Origin: an uncultured Clostridia bacterium | GTDB lineage: Bacteria; Bacillota; Clostridia; Oscillospirales; CAG-382 | Assembly: GCA_947630765.1 (NCBI GenBank) | Contig: CANRIX010000002.1 | Coordinates: forward strand, 103,387-167,386 | Reading direction: 5' to 3' | Length of the DNA: 64,000 bases | Shown: positions 44,151 to 53,421 of the stretch, piece after piece | Layout of the letters: every line of letters begins with the position of its first letter | How positions within the stretch are numbered: position 1 is the first letter of the stretch | Position numbers and translations under genes: made by a program | The notes under the pieces: generated by a model | What the model saw: only the letters and a program-made list of their open reading frames with translations | What the model was told of the DNA's origin: nothing | Databases searched by the model: none

Positions 44151-46621
44151 CAGCGTTCCACTTCCTCCATGATATACGCTTCGAGCACGTCGCCTTCCTT
44201 GATGTCGCCGAATTTCTCCAGCCCGATGCCGCATTCGTATCCGTCCGCGACCTCGCGCACGTCGTCCTTGAAGCGGCGGAGCGAGGAAATTTTATCCTCG
44301 AACACCACGACGCTGTCCCGCAGGACGCGAATGAGCGAATTGCGGGTGATCTTGCCGTCCGTGACGTACGAACCGGCGATCGTGCCGACGTTCGGGACGT
44401 GAATGGTCTGCCGCACCTCGGCGTGCCCGAGGACGTTTTCGCGGAACGTCGGGGCGAGCATGCCCTTCATGGCCGCCTTGATCTCCTCGATGCAGTCGTA
44501 GATGATGCGGTAGGTGCGGATATCGACCTTGTCGCGGGCCGCCGCGTCCGTCGCCGTGCGGTCCGGGCGGACGTTGAAGCCGACGATGATCGCGTTCGAC
44601 GCGGAAGCGAGCATGACGTCGCTCTCCGTGATGCCGCCGACCGCCGCGTGCAGGACGCGAACCTTGACTTCCTCGTTCGAGAGCTTTTCAAGGCTCTGCT
44701 TGACCGCTTCCGCCGAACCCTGCACGTCCGCTTTGACGATGACGTTCAGGTCCTTCACGCCGTTGCCGATCTGGTTGAACAGGTCGTCCAGATTGACCTT
44801 CACGGCGTCCGTTCCGGCCTTCTTTTCCTCCTGCTTGCGTTCCTCGGCGAGGTCGCGGGCCATCTTTTCGTCCTTGACGGCGAAGAAGCGGTCGCCCGCG
44901 TTCGGCACCTCGGAAAGGCCGGTGATCTCGACCGGGATGGACGGACCGGCTTCCTTGACCGTGCGTCCCTTGTCGTTCGTCATGACGCGCACGCGCCCGA
45001 CTGCGGTTCCGGCGATGATGATGTCCCCGGTATGCAGGGTCCCGCGCTGCACGAGGAAGGTCGCGATCGGACCTTTGCCCTTGTCCAGACGGGCTTCGAC
45101 GACCACGCCTTCCGCATTGCGGTTCGGGTTCGCCTTCAGTTCGAGCATTTCCGCCGTCAGCAGGATCATATCGAGCAGTTCGTCGATGCCCTGCCGCTTG
45201 AGCGCGGAAACCGGCACGCAGATCGTGTCGCCGCCCCACGCTTCGGGGACCAGCTCGTAGTTGGTCAGGTCGGACATGACCTTATCCGGGTTCGCGCCCG
45301 GGCGGTCCATCTTGTTGATGGCGACGATGATCGCGACGCCGGCCGCCTTCGCGTGGTTGATCGCTTCGACGGTCTGCGGCATGATGCCGTCGTCGGCGGC
45401 GACGACCAGTACGGCGATGTCCGTCATCGTCGCGCCACGCGCACGCATCGCCGTGAACGCTTCGTGCCCCGGCGTGTCGAGGAAGGTGATGTCCCGGTCG
45501 TGCACATGGACGCTGTACGCGCCGATATGCTGGGTGATCCCGCCCGCTTCGCCTTCCGTGACGTGCGCGTCGCGGATCGCGTCGAGCAGGGAAGTCTTGC
45601 CGTGGTCGACGTGCCCCATGACGACGACGACCGGCGCACGGGTGACGAGCGTTTCCGGCGCGTCCTCGCTCGAATCGATCAGCCGATCCTCCAGCGAGAG
45701 CACGATCTCCTTATCCACCTTGATATGGAATTCGTCCGCGACCAGATACGCGGTGTCGTAATCCACTACGTCGTTGATGCCCGCCATCACGCCCATGCTC
45801 ATAAGCTTCTTGATGACGTTCGCGGCCGTCTGCTTCATGCGGGAGGCGAGCTCGCCGACCGTGATCTCCTCCGGCACGACGATGGAAAGCTGCACGGGCT
45901 TCGGCTTGTTCTGCGGCTTTTGGGCGGCGCGTCCGCCGTTCCGACCGTTCTGCTTGCTGTTCCGCTGCTCCTGCGGGGCGAATTTGTTCTTCTTTTTGAT
46001 CTTTTGCTTGCCCGTGTGGGCGGTATCCGGCACGCTCGAATCGTATTTGAGCAGCTTTTCGTCGTAGCGACCGAGGTCGACGTTGTCCGTGCCGCGGGTG
46101 TCCACGACGCGCACCTCGGTTTTCGAGCGCTGCTTCTGCGGCTGCTGGGGCTTCGGCTGCGCCGGCTTCTTCTTGGGCACGGGCGGCGGCGTCATTTGGG
46201 CGACGGGCGGCTTCTGCGCACCGGCGTCCTTTCCGGCCGGTTTCGGCGCAGCGGCCTTCGCTGCGGCACGAGCGGCTTCGCGTGCGGCCTCCTTGGCGGC
46301 TTCCCGTTCCGCTTCCTTTGCGGCCTTCGCCTGCTGTTCGGCTTCGCGCTGCGCGGCGATCCGCGCTTCCTCCGCCTTTTTCCGTTCCTCCTGCTTCGCC
46401 TTTTTCTTTTCGTCGTAGGATTGGAAGAACGACGTGATATCCACCTGATTCTGCTGGGTGACGACCTCTAAAAACAGACTGATCTCCTCGTCCTCCAGCG
46501 CGGTCGTATGCGTTTTACCGGCGCTGCCGTGCGCCGCGAACAGGTCGATAACGTCCTTGTTTCGCATACCGAAATCCTTCGCCAGCTCGCCGACCTTGTA
46601 TTTTTTACTCGTTTCTGCCAT
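44150..46621 (-). CDS. infB: Translation initiation factor IF-2
   Basis: G-domain [17 protein letters not shown] and NKMD. Lys/Ala/Glu-rich N-terminus. ATG 46621 preferred (GAGGA SD). Confidence 0.95.
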   Translation of the reverse strand: MAETSKKYKVGELAKDFGMRNKDVIDLFAAHGSAGKTHTTALEDEEISLFLEVVTQQNQVDITSFFQSYDEKKKAKQEERKKAEEARIAAQREAEQQAKAAKEAEREAAKEAAREAARAAAKAAAPKPAGKDAGAQKPPVAQMTPPPVPKKKPAQPKPQQPQKQRSKTEVRVVDTRGTDNVDLGRYDEKLLKYDSSVPDTAHTGKQKIKKKNKFAPQEQRNSKQNGRNGGRAAQKPQNKPKPVQLSIVVPEEITVGELASRMKQTAANVIKKLMSMGVMAGINDVVDYDTAYLVADEFHIKVDKEIVLSLEDRLIDSSEDAPETLVTRAPVVVVMGHVDHGKTSLLDAIRDAHVTEGEAGGITQHIGAYSVHVHDRDITFLDTPGHEAFTAMRARGATMTDIAVLVVAADDGIMPQTVEAINHAKAAGVAIIVAINKMDRPGANPDKVMSDLTNYELVPEAWGGDTICVPVSALKRQGIDELLDMILLTAEMLELKANPNRNAEGVVVEARLDKGKGPIATFLVQRGTLHTGDIIIAGTAVGRVRVMTNDKGRTVKEAGPSIPVEITGLSEVPNAGDRFFAVKDEKMARDLAEERKQEEKKAGTDAVKVNLDDLFNQIGNGVKDLNVIVKADVQGSAEAVKQSLEKLSNEEVKVRVLHAAVGGITESDVMLASASNAIIVGFNVRPDRTATDAAARDKVDIRTYRIIYDCIEEIKAAMKGMLAPTFRENVLGHAEVRQTIHVPNVGTIAGSYVTDGKITRNSLIRVLRDSVVVFEDKISSLRRFKDDVREVADGYECGIGLEKFGDIKEGDVLEAYIMEEVER

Positions 46622-46997
46622 CTGTATCCTCATTCCTTTCCGGGTTTGAAAGCGTGTTTGTCAATGCCTCGGACGGGCAGTCCCGCACCGCTTTGCGGTA
46701 GGAAAGCACGAACCCTTCCTGCGTGAACGCGACGGCGGACGCGTATTCCCGCCCGACCAAACGGCCGAGCGAGCGCATCTCCAGCGGGATTCGTTCCCAC
46801 GGGACGCGCCGGTAGTCCGCCTTGTCCGTCAGCCGTTTCGCGGTGTTTTCGGAAACGTCCGACGCGATCAGCACCAGCTTCGCCCTGCCCTTGCGCACCT
46901 CGGCGACGACCTGCTCCGTGCCGATGCATAGCGCTCCCGCACGCTTCGCAAGTCCGATGACACCTTCCGCGTTCTTACGGTTTCTTTCCGTCCACAT
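46605..46997 (-). CDS. ylxQ: L7Ae-family RNA-binding protein YlxQ
   Basis: [38 protein letters not shown], in the conserved nusA-ylxR-ylxQ-infB position. Confidence 0.7.
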   Translation of the reverse strand: MWTERNRKNAEGVIGLAKRAGALCIGTEQVVAEVRKGRAKLVLIASDVSENTAKRLTDKADYRRVPWERIPLEMRSLGRLVGREYASAVAFTQEGFVLSYRKAVRDCPSEALTNTLSNPERNEDTDGRNE

Positions 46998-47007
46998 CCC
47001 GTGCGCC

Positions 47008-47289
47008 TCACTTTCCGGCGTTCTCGATCTCCGCGATCCGTTCGCGCAGCGTTTCGTATACGCCGTCCGGGATCCGCTCGGAGAACGCTCGCTCGAACCG
47101 GCGGCTCTTTCGCGCCGTATCGAAGCAGGCCGTACACCCGCAGACGTAAGCCCCCCGTCCCGCCGCTTTCCCGACGGGATCGACGAAGGTTTCGCCTTCC
47201 TTGTTGTGCACGACGCGCAGGAGCAGCCGTTTGTCCTTCATCTCTCCGCAGCCGAGACATTTGCGGAGCGGCACTCTGCGTTCTGCCAT
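47008..47289 (-). CDS. ylxR: YlxR/RnpM (DUF448) protein
   Basis: PLRKCLGCGEMKDKRLLLRVV...GRGAYVC motif. Confidence 0.8.
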   Translation of the reverse strand: MAERRVPLRKCLGCGEMKDKRLLLRVVHNKEGETFVDPVGKAAGRGAYVCGCTACFDTARKSRRFERAFSERIPDGVYETLRERIAEIENAGK

Positions 47290-47295
47290 GGTTCC

Positions 47296-48396
47296 TTACG
47301 CCACCGGCCCTTCGAGCAGCTTGCGGCTCTTGATATCGATCTTGCAGCCGGTCAGCTTGGCGGCGAGGCGGGCGTTCTGCCCTTCCTTGCCGATCGCGAG
47401 CGAAAGCTGGTCGTCCGCGACGATGGCGCGGTAGGACCGATCGGAATCCGGCAGCTTGATGACCTCGTCGACCGCCGCCGGCGCGAGGGACGCGCTGATG
47501 AAGGTCTCGACGTCCTCGCTGTAGGGAATGATGTCGATCTTCTCCCCGCGAAGCTCCTCGGTGACGAGGTTCTTTCTCGCGCCCTTCTGCCCGATGCAGG
47601 CGCCGATCGGATCTACCTTATCGTCGTTTGAACGCACGGCGATCTTGGTCCGGCTGCCCGGTTCGCGGGCGACGGAAACGATCTCGACCGTGCCGTCCTT
47701 CAGTTCCGGCACCTCCAGCTCGAACAGCCTGCGCACCATACCCGGATGCACACGGGACAGCACGACCGACGGGCCTCGGCTCTCCTTCTTGATCTCCGTC
47801 ACGAACACCTTGATCCGGTCGCCGACCTGCAGCGTTTCGTTCGGGATCTGCTCGTGGCGGAAAAGCACCATTTCGTTCTTGCCGATCTCCAGCGTGGCGT
47901 TGCCGGTCGTCGGATCGACGCGCACGACGACGGCGCTGACGATCTCTTCCTTCTTGTCCTCGTATTCGCGGATAATCATGCCCCGCTCCGCTTCGCGGAT
48001 GCCCTGTACGATGACCTGCTTGGCCGCCTGCGCGGCGCTTCTGCCGAACGTGCGGGTCTTGATCTCGACCTCGACTGTGTCGCCGATCTGGCACTTTTCG
48101 TCGTACTTGCGGGCGTCCGCGAGGGTCATTTCGGTTTCCGGGTTGAGCACGGTCTCGACGACGGTGTAGACCTTGAAGATCTTCGCATCCTGCTTGAGCG
48201 GGTCGATCTTGACGACGGCGTTGTCGTTGCCGTGGTACTCCTTGCGGAACGCGGAAAGCAGAGCCGCTTCCAGACGTTCGATCATATATTCCTGCGAAAT
48301 GCCCCGCTCCCTGTCCAAAGCGGCGAGCGCTTCAAACAGTTCCTTGTTGACGATGCTTTCCTCAACGGGCGCTTTCACAGCGCTTTTCCTTTTCAT
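47296..48396 (-). CDS. nusA: Transcription termination/antitermination factor NusA
   Basis: N-terminal domain, S1 and two KH domains. Start trimmed to ATG 48396 (MKRKSAV...). Confidence 0.95.
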   Translation of the reverse strand: MKRKSAVKAPVEESIVNKELFEALAALDRERGISQEYMIERLEAALLSAFRKEYHGNDNAVVKIDPLKQDAKIFKVYTVVETVLNPETEMTLADARKYDEKCQIGDTVEVEIKTRTFGRSAAQAAKQVIVQGIREAERGMIIREYEDKKEEIVSAVVVRVDPTTGNATLEIGKNEMVLFRHEQIPNETLQVGDRIKVFVTEIKKESRGPSVVLSRVHPGMVRRLFELEVPELKDGTVEIVSVAREPGSRTKIAVRSNDDKVDPIGACIGQKGARKNLVTEELRGEKIDIIPYSEDVETFISASLAPAAVDEVIKLPDSDRSYRAIVADDQLSLAIGKEGQNARLAAKLTGCKIDIKSRKLLEGPVA

Positions 48397-48908
48397 GACT
48401 GTTCCATCCTTTCCGTATCCTGTTCGATTCCGTCGCACAAGGCGACCGTCTTGGCGATTTGCTTATAGGAAAACCGTTTTTCCGCTCCGTCGGTCAGGAG
48501 CGTGACTCCTTCGCCGTCGTATCCGGCGAGCGTCCCTTCAAATTGGCGAGCCCCGTCCACGGCGACGAACGTCCGTAGCACGACCGGGAGCTTTCGCTCC
48601 AGCGCGTACGCGAAATGCCGTTCCTCCCGCAGTTCCCGTTCCAGCCCGGCGCTGGAAACCGTCAGGCAGTAACTGCCTTCGATTGGGTCCATTTCGTCGA
48701 GCAACGGGTCGACCAGTTTCGTGACGACCGCGCAGTCCTCGGTCCCGATGCCGCCTTCGCGGTCGATCGTGATCTCGAGCACCCATTCCGCGGCTTCCTT
48801 GCCGAACGTGACGTCCCAAAGCGTGTAGCCCGCCTGTTCGACGAGCGGAGTGACCGCTTCGCGCACCCGACCGGCGATATTCTGCTTTGCCGTCGGCTTG
48901 CCTGCCAA
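48393..48908 (-). CDS. rimP: Ribosome maturation factor RimP
   Basis: VTPLVEQAGYTLWDVTF...LTVSSAGLEREL. TTG 48908 favoured by GGGAGG SD spacing, with GTG 48917 as the alternative. Confidence 0.8.
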   Translation of the reverse strand: MAGKPTAKQNIAGRVREAVTPLVEQAGYTLWDVTFGKEAAEWVLEITIDREGGIGTEDCAVVTKLVDPLLDEMDPIEGSYCLTVSSAGLERELREERHFAYALERKLPVVLRTFVAVDGARQFEGTLAGYDGEGVTLLTDGAEKRFSYKQIAKTVALCDGIEQDTERMEQS

Positions 48909-48987
48909 CCGAAACACCTCCCAATAACAGAGCGGAGACTGGGCGTCAACCCAGTCTCACAGCATCCAATCCTTTTCTTTCCTATCC

Positions 48988-49015
48988 ATTATAGCACAAA
49001 AATCAGGAATTGCAA
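48988..49015 (-). promoter_or_regulatory. rimP-nusA operon promoter (TTGCAA-16-TATAAT with TG extension)
   Basis: Minus strand reads TTGCAAttcctgatttttgtgcTATAAT. Confidence 0.45.
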
Positions 49016-49045
49016 GGGGTTTTTGCGAAAAAACCCGGAAATATT

Positions 49046-49074
49046 TTGACTTTTTCCGCTTTTTATGCTATACT
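49046..49074 (+). promoter_or_regulatory. Promoter (TTGACT-17-TATACT)
   Basis: TTGACTttttccgctttttatgcTATACT, 37 nt upstream of ATG 49111. Confidence 0.45.
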
Positions 49075-49110
49075 GGGTGCCGACGGGGACGAAAAAAGGA
49101 GGTGCGGTCC

Positions 49111-49878
49111 ATGGAATTTGACGCGGAACGGTTCCTGCACGCTTGGGAAGCGGAACGGGAAATCCCTGCCGCCGGCATCGGCACGCTCGCGGAAAAGCGC
49201 CTGCACGCGTCGCTCAAGCGAACCTACGCCCCCGACCCGGCGCACCGGGAAGTCAAAATCGGGCGGTACATCGCCGACGGGTTCGACGGGGAACGGGTCC
49301 TTGAAATCCAGACCGCACAGTTCTCCTACCTGCGGCCGAAACTGCAATGCTTCCTCGCGTCCTACCCGGTCACGCTGGTCTATCCGCTCGCCCGCAGGCG
49401 GTACCTGATCTGGATCGACCCGGAGACCGGCGAATCCGCTCCGCCGCACGTCGGACGCCGGAAGGAAAGCGCCCTCTCCGCCCTGCACGAGCTTCGCGCG
49501 ATCCTGCCGTTCCTGCGGGACGAACGGCTGACGGTCGAACTGCTGCTGTTCGACATGGACGAGCGCCGCCTGCTCGACGGCTGGGACAAACGGCGCAAGC
49601 GCGGCGCGACGCTGCTGGAACGCTGCCCGCGGGGATTGCCCGAACGGGTCGTCCTGCGCACGGCGGACGACTATCGCGCCCTGCTCCCGGACGGTCTGCC
49701 CGACTGCTTCAAGGTGGCGGCTCTGCAAAAGCTGACCGGCCTGCGGAGCCGGCAGGCGTACAGCGCCGTCCATGTGTTTGAATCGTTCGGGTTCCTCGCG
49801 CGGGACGGCACGGACAGTCGCGCGGCGGTCTACCGGGTCGTCGGACCTTCCTTGAGCAGCGGGGAAAACAGGTCGTAG
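49111..49878 (+). CDS. Hypothetical protein with a PD-(D/E)XK-like motif
   Basis: AGGAGG SD then ATG 49111. Candidate nuclease core IADGFDGERVLEIQT (D...E-x-Q). No confident family assignment. Confidence 0.45.
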   Translation: MEFDAERFLHAWEAEREIPAAGIGTLAEKRLHASLKRTYAPDPAHREVKIGRYIADGFDGERVLEIQTAQFSYLRPKLQCFLASYPVTLVYPLARRRYLIWIDPETGESAPPHVGRRKESALSALHELRAILPFLRDERLTVELLLFDMDERRLLDGWDKRRKRGATLLERCPRGLPERVVLRTADDYRALLPDGLPDCFKVAALQKLTGLRSRQAYSAVHVFESFGFLARDGTDSRAAVYRVVGPSLSSGENRS

Positions 49879-51293
49879 GCTTCCCGGATCTCCTCCGTCA
49901 CGTCGCCGGTGAAGCGGTCGTACAGGAAGGCGTAGGAAAAGAAGCAGTACCCGCTCACCCGCTCTTCGCCGTAAAGCGTTTTTAGACTGCGCGAAAGCAC
50001 GTCCTTCCGGCGGATCCATTCGGTTTTCCCTTCGTCCGTTCCGGCGAACGCGTCCAGCTCGCCCTGCGTGCCGAGGTAGGCTTTCGCGGCGTCCAGCCCG
50101 ACCCAGAGCCGGACGTTCGGGCTGCTCACCGCGTCCTCCCAATCCGCAAGGATGGTTTCAAACGGGCAATAGGCGTTCTCGAACCCGAAATACAGCTGCG
50201 GCAGCAGGTAATCGACATACCTGTCCTCCGCGCCCCATTTCCGCGCGTCCGCGTAGCACCCGTCCGCGAGCGAATACAGATTCCCCGCCGGTGCAACGCC
50301 GAACAGCTTGTCCGCGCCGAAGGTATGTACGGTTCGGTACAGCAGGGAGATCGTTTGGTTCACGTTGTCCCGCCGGAAGTCGCCGAGGTCGTCGTACCCG
50401 CTTTTCCGGAATTCCGTGCGGTCGAATGTTTCGTCCGTCGTCGGGTAGAAGTAGTCGTCGAGGTGGATGCCGTCGAGGTCGTACTTCCGCAGGATCTCCG
50501 CCGCACCCTCGGCGATCAGCTCCCGCGCTTCCGGGTAGGACGGGTCGAGGTACAGCCTGCCCTCCCATTCCTTGACCTGCCCGCTTTTCGCGTCGTACCA
50601 GTCCCGCACGGCGTACCCCGTCGGGATCTTCTCCATCTCCTCCGGCGTGACCAGCCGGAACGGGTTGATCCACCCGTGGACCGAAAGTCCCTGCGCACGC
50701 GCAGCGTCCACGACGTCGCGCACCGCGTCGTAATCGACCTCCCCGCCGTACATCCCCGCGACGTACTTCGAGAGGGGATAGACCTCGCTTTCATACAGGC
50801 TGTCGCCGTTCGGACGAAGCTGCAGGAACACCGTGTTGAACCCGTCCCGCACGAGCGTCCGGCAGAGCTGTTCGACGAGCGAGCGGAATTCCGCCTCGTC
50901 CCGCTGCTTGCCGCCGTCCCGCAGGAGCGGGTGCAGGTCGAACTGCGAAAGCCAGACCGCACGGACGTAGCCGTCCGCGTCCGGCGCGTCGTCCGCTACT
51001 TCCGCCGTCGCAATGCGTTCGTAGGTCAGCGGGGGCGCCCCGGCTTCCTGGGGCGGGAAGAATCCGCCGAGCAGCAGGGCGAGAAGAAAGCTGAAGAACC
51101 GTTCCGTTTTTTTTCGTATCCTTTCTTTGGGGGTGCCTGTCCGTTTTGTTGCATCTGTATGCGTGTCCGCGGGGCGGTATGCCGGGGCGGAACGTGTTTT
51201 TTTGAAAAAACTGCAAGTTTTTTTCGTTTTCCTCTTGACAAGACGCTTTTTTTCTGGTAGAATAGCAAAGCTGTCCGATGAACAGCGAATCAT
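49830..51293 (-). CDS. GHL10 (YngK-like, glycoside-hydrolase-like family 10) secreted/anchored protein; start codon uncertain
   Basis: TIM-barrel-like region YVRAVWLSQFD...FNTVFLQLRPNGDSLYESEVYP...GLSVHGWINPF. The N-terminal 65 codons overlap the tRNA promoter (see finding). Confidence 0.65.
   Translation of the reverse strand: MIRCSSDSFAILPEKKRLVKRKTKKTCSFFKKTRSAPAYRPADTHTDATKRTGTPKERIRKKTERFFSFLLALLLGGFFPPQEAGAPPLTYERIATAEVADDAPDADGYVRAVWLSQFDLHPLLRDGGKQRDEAEFRSLVEQLCRTLVRDGFNTVFLQLRPNGDSLYESEVYPLSKYVAGMYGGEVDYDAVRDVVDAARAQGLSVHGWINPFRLVTPEEMEKIPTGYAVRDWYDAKSGQVKEWEGRLYLDPSYPEARELIAEGAAEILRKYDLDGIHLDDYFYPTTDETFDRTEFRKSGYDDLGDFRRDNVNQTISLLYRTVHTFGADKLFGVAPAGNLYSLADGCYADARKWGAEDRYVDYLLPQLYFGFENAYCPFETILADWEDAVSSPNVRLWVGLDAAKAYLGTQGELDAFAGTDEGKTEWIRRKDVLSRSLKTLYGEERVSGYCFFSYAFLYDRFTGDVTEEIREAYDLFSPLLKEGPTTR
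51235..51263 (+). promoter_or_regulatory. tRNA operon promoter (TTGACA-17-TAGAAT)
   Basis: TTGACAagacgctttttttctggTAGAAT, 30 nt upstream of the tRNA-Met 5-prime end. Confidence 0.6.
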
Positions 51294-51370
51294 GGCGGAA
51301 TAGCTCAGTTGGCTAGAGCAATCGGTTCATACCCGGTCGGTCGTCGGTTCGAGTCCAACTTCCGCTACCA
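51294..51370 (+). tRNA. tRNA-Met (anticodon CAT), elongator type
   Basis: Hand-folded cloverleaf: acceptor GGCGGAA/TTCCGCT, D arm GCTC/GAGC, anticodon loop TTCATAC, T loop TTCGAGT, encoded CCA. Confidence 0.85.
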
Positions 51371-51372
51371 AA

Positions 51373-51447
51373 GGCCCGTTGGTCAAGGGGTTAAGACACC
51401 GCCCTTTCACGGCGGTAACAGCAGTTCAAATCTGCTACGGGTCACCA
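51373..51447 (+). tRNA. tRNA-Glu (anticodon TTC)
   Basis: Acceptor GGCCCGT/ACGGGTC, anticodon stem CCGCC/GGCGG with loop CTTTCAC, T loop TTCAAAT, encoded CCA. Confidence 0.9.
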
Positions 51448-51480
51448 AAAATCGGCAAGGCGAAAGCCTTGCCGATTTTT
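51448..51480 (+). terminator. Intrinsic terminator after the tRNA genes
   Basis: AAAATCGGCAAGGC-GAAA-GCCTTGCCGATTTTT. Confidence 0.75.
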
Positions 51481-51518
51481 ACGCCCCCGAAGGGGGATTT
51501 TCACGCTTCACTAATTTT

Positions 51519-51552
51519 CAAAAAGTCCAGCGTATAAACGCCGGACTTTTTT
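51519..51552. terminator. Bidirectional terminator (serves the sigma-fusion gene on the minus strand)
   Basis: AAAAAGTCCAGCG-tataaa-CGCCGGACTTTTTT, 12 nt from the stop at 51564. Confidence 0.6.
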
Positions 51553-51563
51553 CATGGTTTTCT

Positions 51564-53195
51564 TTACTTGTCCGTGACGATCATCAGGATCCCCTCGGCG
51601 CCGAGGTTGTTTTCGGGGATGGTCAGGATCCCTTCGTCGATCAGCGTTTCCGTCAGCAGATCGAACACTGGTTGGGTCGCGAGGGAAACTGCGAATTCGT
51701 ACTCCCCGAGCAGGTGTGCGGGCAGGTAGGCGCGCAGCAGCGGGGCAAACGCCTCGGCGAGCGCGTCCGCCGCGTCCGTCATTTCCTCGCCGAACCGCAT
51801 GGCGACGGCGCGAAGCTGCTGTCTTGTCTGTTTGTCGCAGACGAGGAATTTGGTGTAGAGCGTATCCCCTTCGCGGTAGAGGTACCCGACCTCGATCGCT
51901 TTCGCGGCGTGCTCCTTTTCCGCTTCCGAAAGCGTATGGACGTCGATCCCGTTGACGGCGCGGACGGCGAGCAGAAGGTCCGGGTCGAGCGAGATGTTGT
52001 GCCCGCATTCGAAGTGGGCGGAAAGCTGCTTGCAGTAGTTGTTGTCGATATCGACTTGCGCGTAGCCGCAGAGATCGGCAGCAGAGATGCCGTCGACGCC
52101 GCAGCCCCGCGGGACGTTCCCGTCCGCCGGAATGCGGTATCCGTACGACGTGTACGGGCGGTCCGGGTGCGTCACGTCCGTAAAGAACCGTTTGGACAGC
52201 CGATCGACGACCGTCCATTCAAAGTGACCGGATAGCCATTTGACCTCCTCCCAAAGGATAAGCGGCAGGTCCGTCCTGCGGTTGCGGAACGGGATAGCGA
52301 GGTATTCCTCGCGGTGGGCTTCGACGAACCGCAGCAGCCCTTCCCGCAGTTCGGGCAATTTGCTGCGGCAGGCATCCCAGAGGGATTGGATTTGCGCTTC
52401 GTCGAACAGTGCGATGTTGACGGCATACCGCCCGTTTTCCGTTTTGCGAAGCGGACCGTAGTGTCCGTTTTTCCCTTTGACGAGCAGTTCCAGTTCTTCC
52501 TCGACGTACAGCGTCGGCACGGAGAGCGCTTCGGCAAGTTCCTTTGCCGTGCGGGGCTTTTCCCGGCAGAGCCAGATGAGCTGCTTCGAGAAGGTGCGGT
52601 CAAAGCAGTTGCTCGGATCGTTTCCGACCGGGTCGCCTGTACCCCAAATGCACAGGTCGATGGTTTGCAGCGAGATCGGTTTTTGCATCGGTTCCATGTT
52701 CGTTACCTCTTTTCTGATTTGTTGCCTTGCCGAAAACAGACGTTGCCGGATGGTGTTCTCGCTCGTGTTCTGCCGCACGGCGATCTCCGCGGCGGACAGC
52801 CCGTCTAAGTAGTAGTCGATCATCACCTCGCGGTAAGCGCACGTCAGGAACGCGATGGAACGGAAGATGCGTCCGAGCGCTTCTTCGTCGGTTTCGCCGT
52901 CGTTCGCGTCCTCCGGCTCGTCCGCGACGCTGTCGAGCGTTTCATAGCGGACGGTTTCGCCGTTCCTTCGCCGTTTTTCGGCGAAATCCGCGTAGACGTT
53001 CCGTGCGATGCGCCAGAGAAAGGCGTAGAGGTTTTCCACCTCGCCCTCCTTTTGCGCCGCTTCCACGAGCGCGAGCGTGATGTCCGAGCAGAGCTCCTGC
53101 GCTTCGTAACTGTCGCGGGTGCGCACATAGCAGAACCCGAACAGCTTGTCGAGCAATTCCTGGTCGATGGCTTTCAGCAAGTCCTGTTTTTTCAT
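51564..53195 (-). CDS. ECF-like sigma-70 factor fused to a C-terminal soluble domain of about 365 aa
   Basis: 543 aa from ATG 53195 (MKKQDLLK). Sigma region 2 (LFGFCYVRTRDSYEAQELCSDI) and region 4 (LSAAEIAVRQNTSENTIRQRLFSARQQIRKE), then a long extension without TM segments. Confidence 0.75.
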   Translation of the reverse strand: MKKQDLLKAIDQELLDKLFGFCYVRTRDSYEAQELCSDITLALVEAAQKEGEVENLYAFLWRIARNVYADFAEKRRRNGETVRYETLDSVADEPEDANDGETDEEALGRIFRSIAFLTCAYREVMIDYYLDGLSAAEIAVRQNTSENTIRQRLFSARQQIRKEVTNMEPMQKPISLQTIDLCIWGTGDPVGNDPSNCFDRTFSKQLIWLCREKPRTAKELAEALSVPTLYVEEELELLVKGKNGHYGPLRKTENGRYAVNIALFDEAQIQSLWDACRSKLPELREGLLRFVEAHREEYLAIPFRNRRTDLPLILWEEVKWLSGHFEWTVVDRLSKRFFTDVTHPDRPYTSYGYRIPADGNVPRGCGVDGISAADLCGYAQVDIDNNYCKQLSAHFECGHNISLDPDLLLAVRAVNGIDVHTLSEAEKEHAAKAIEVGYLYREGDTLYTKFLVCDKQTRQQLRAVAMRFGEEMTDAADALAEAFAPLLRAYLPAHLLGEYEFAVSLATQPVFDLLTETLIDEGILTIPENNLGAEGILMIVTDK

Positions 53196-53285
53196 GACGG
53201 TTTCCTTTCGGAAGCGGTTGATCAACGCTTTCACCCGTATAGTCCCGCGAAAGCGGGATGTGTTAGGCGAAAAAAAGAAAAAATT

Positions 53286-53341
53286 TGCAAAAACCGAGTA
53301 AACTGATAAAAAAAGGTGCAAAAACCGAGTAAACTGATAAA
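53286..53341. repeat. Two perfect 25-bp direct repeats (TGCAAAAACCGAGTAAACTGATAAA) with 31-bp periodicity
   Basis: Units at 53286-53310 and 53317-53341, in the divergent region between the sigma-fusion gene and the Rrf2 gene. Confidence 0.85.
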
Positions 53342-53357
53342 GTTTCGGAAAAATCCC

Positions 53358-53386
53358 TTGACAAAGCGGGAAAAAGCGAATAAAAT
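53358..53386 (+). promoter_or_regulatory. Rrf2 gene promoter (TTGACA-17-TAAAAT)
   Basis: TTGACAaagcgggaaaaagcgaaTAAAAT. Confidence 0.5.
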
Positions 53387-53421
53387 GGAGGAAAGAACAC
53401 AGGGGAAAGGGGCGAAGCATC

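Noticed and set aside
44399-46471. 690-aa plus-strand ORF
   Set aside because: It is antisense to infB and has the same GC-rich artefact composition.
51294-51370. tRNA(CAT) considered as initiator tRNA-fMet or lysidine-modified tRNA-Ile2
   Set aside because: The 1-72 position is a G-U pair rather than a C-A mismatch, and the anticodon stem lacks the three consecutive G-C pairs of initiators. The overall sequence resembles Firmicute elongator tRNA-Met. Ile2 identity cannot be fully excluded without a classifier.
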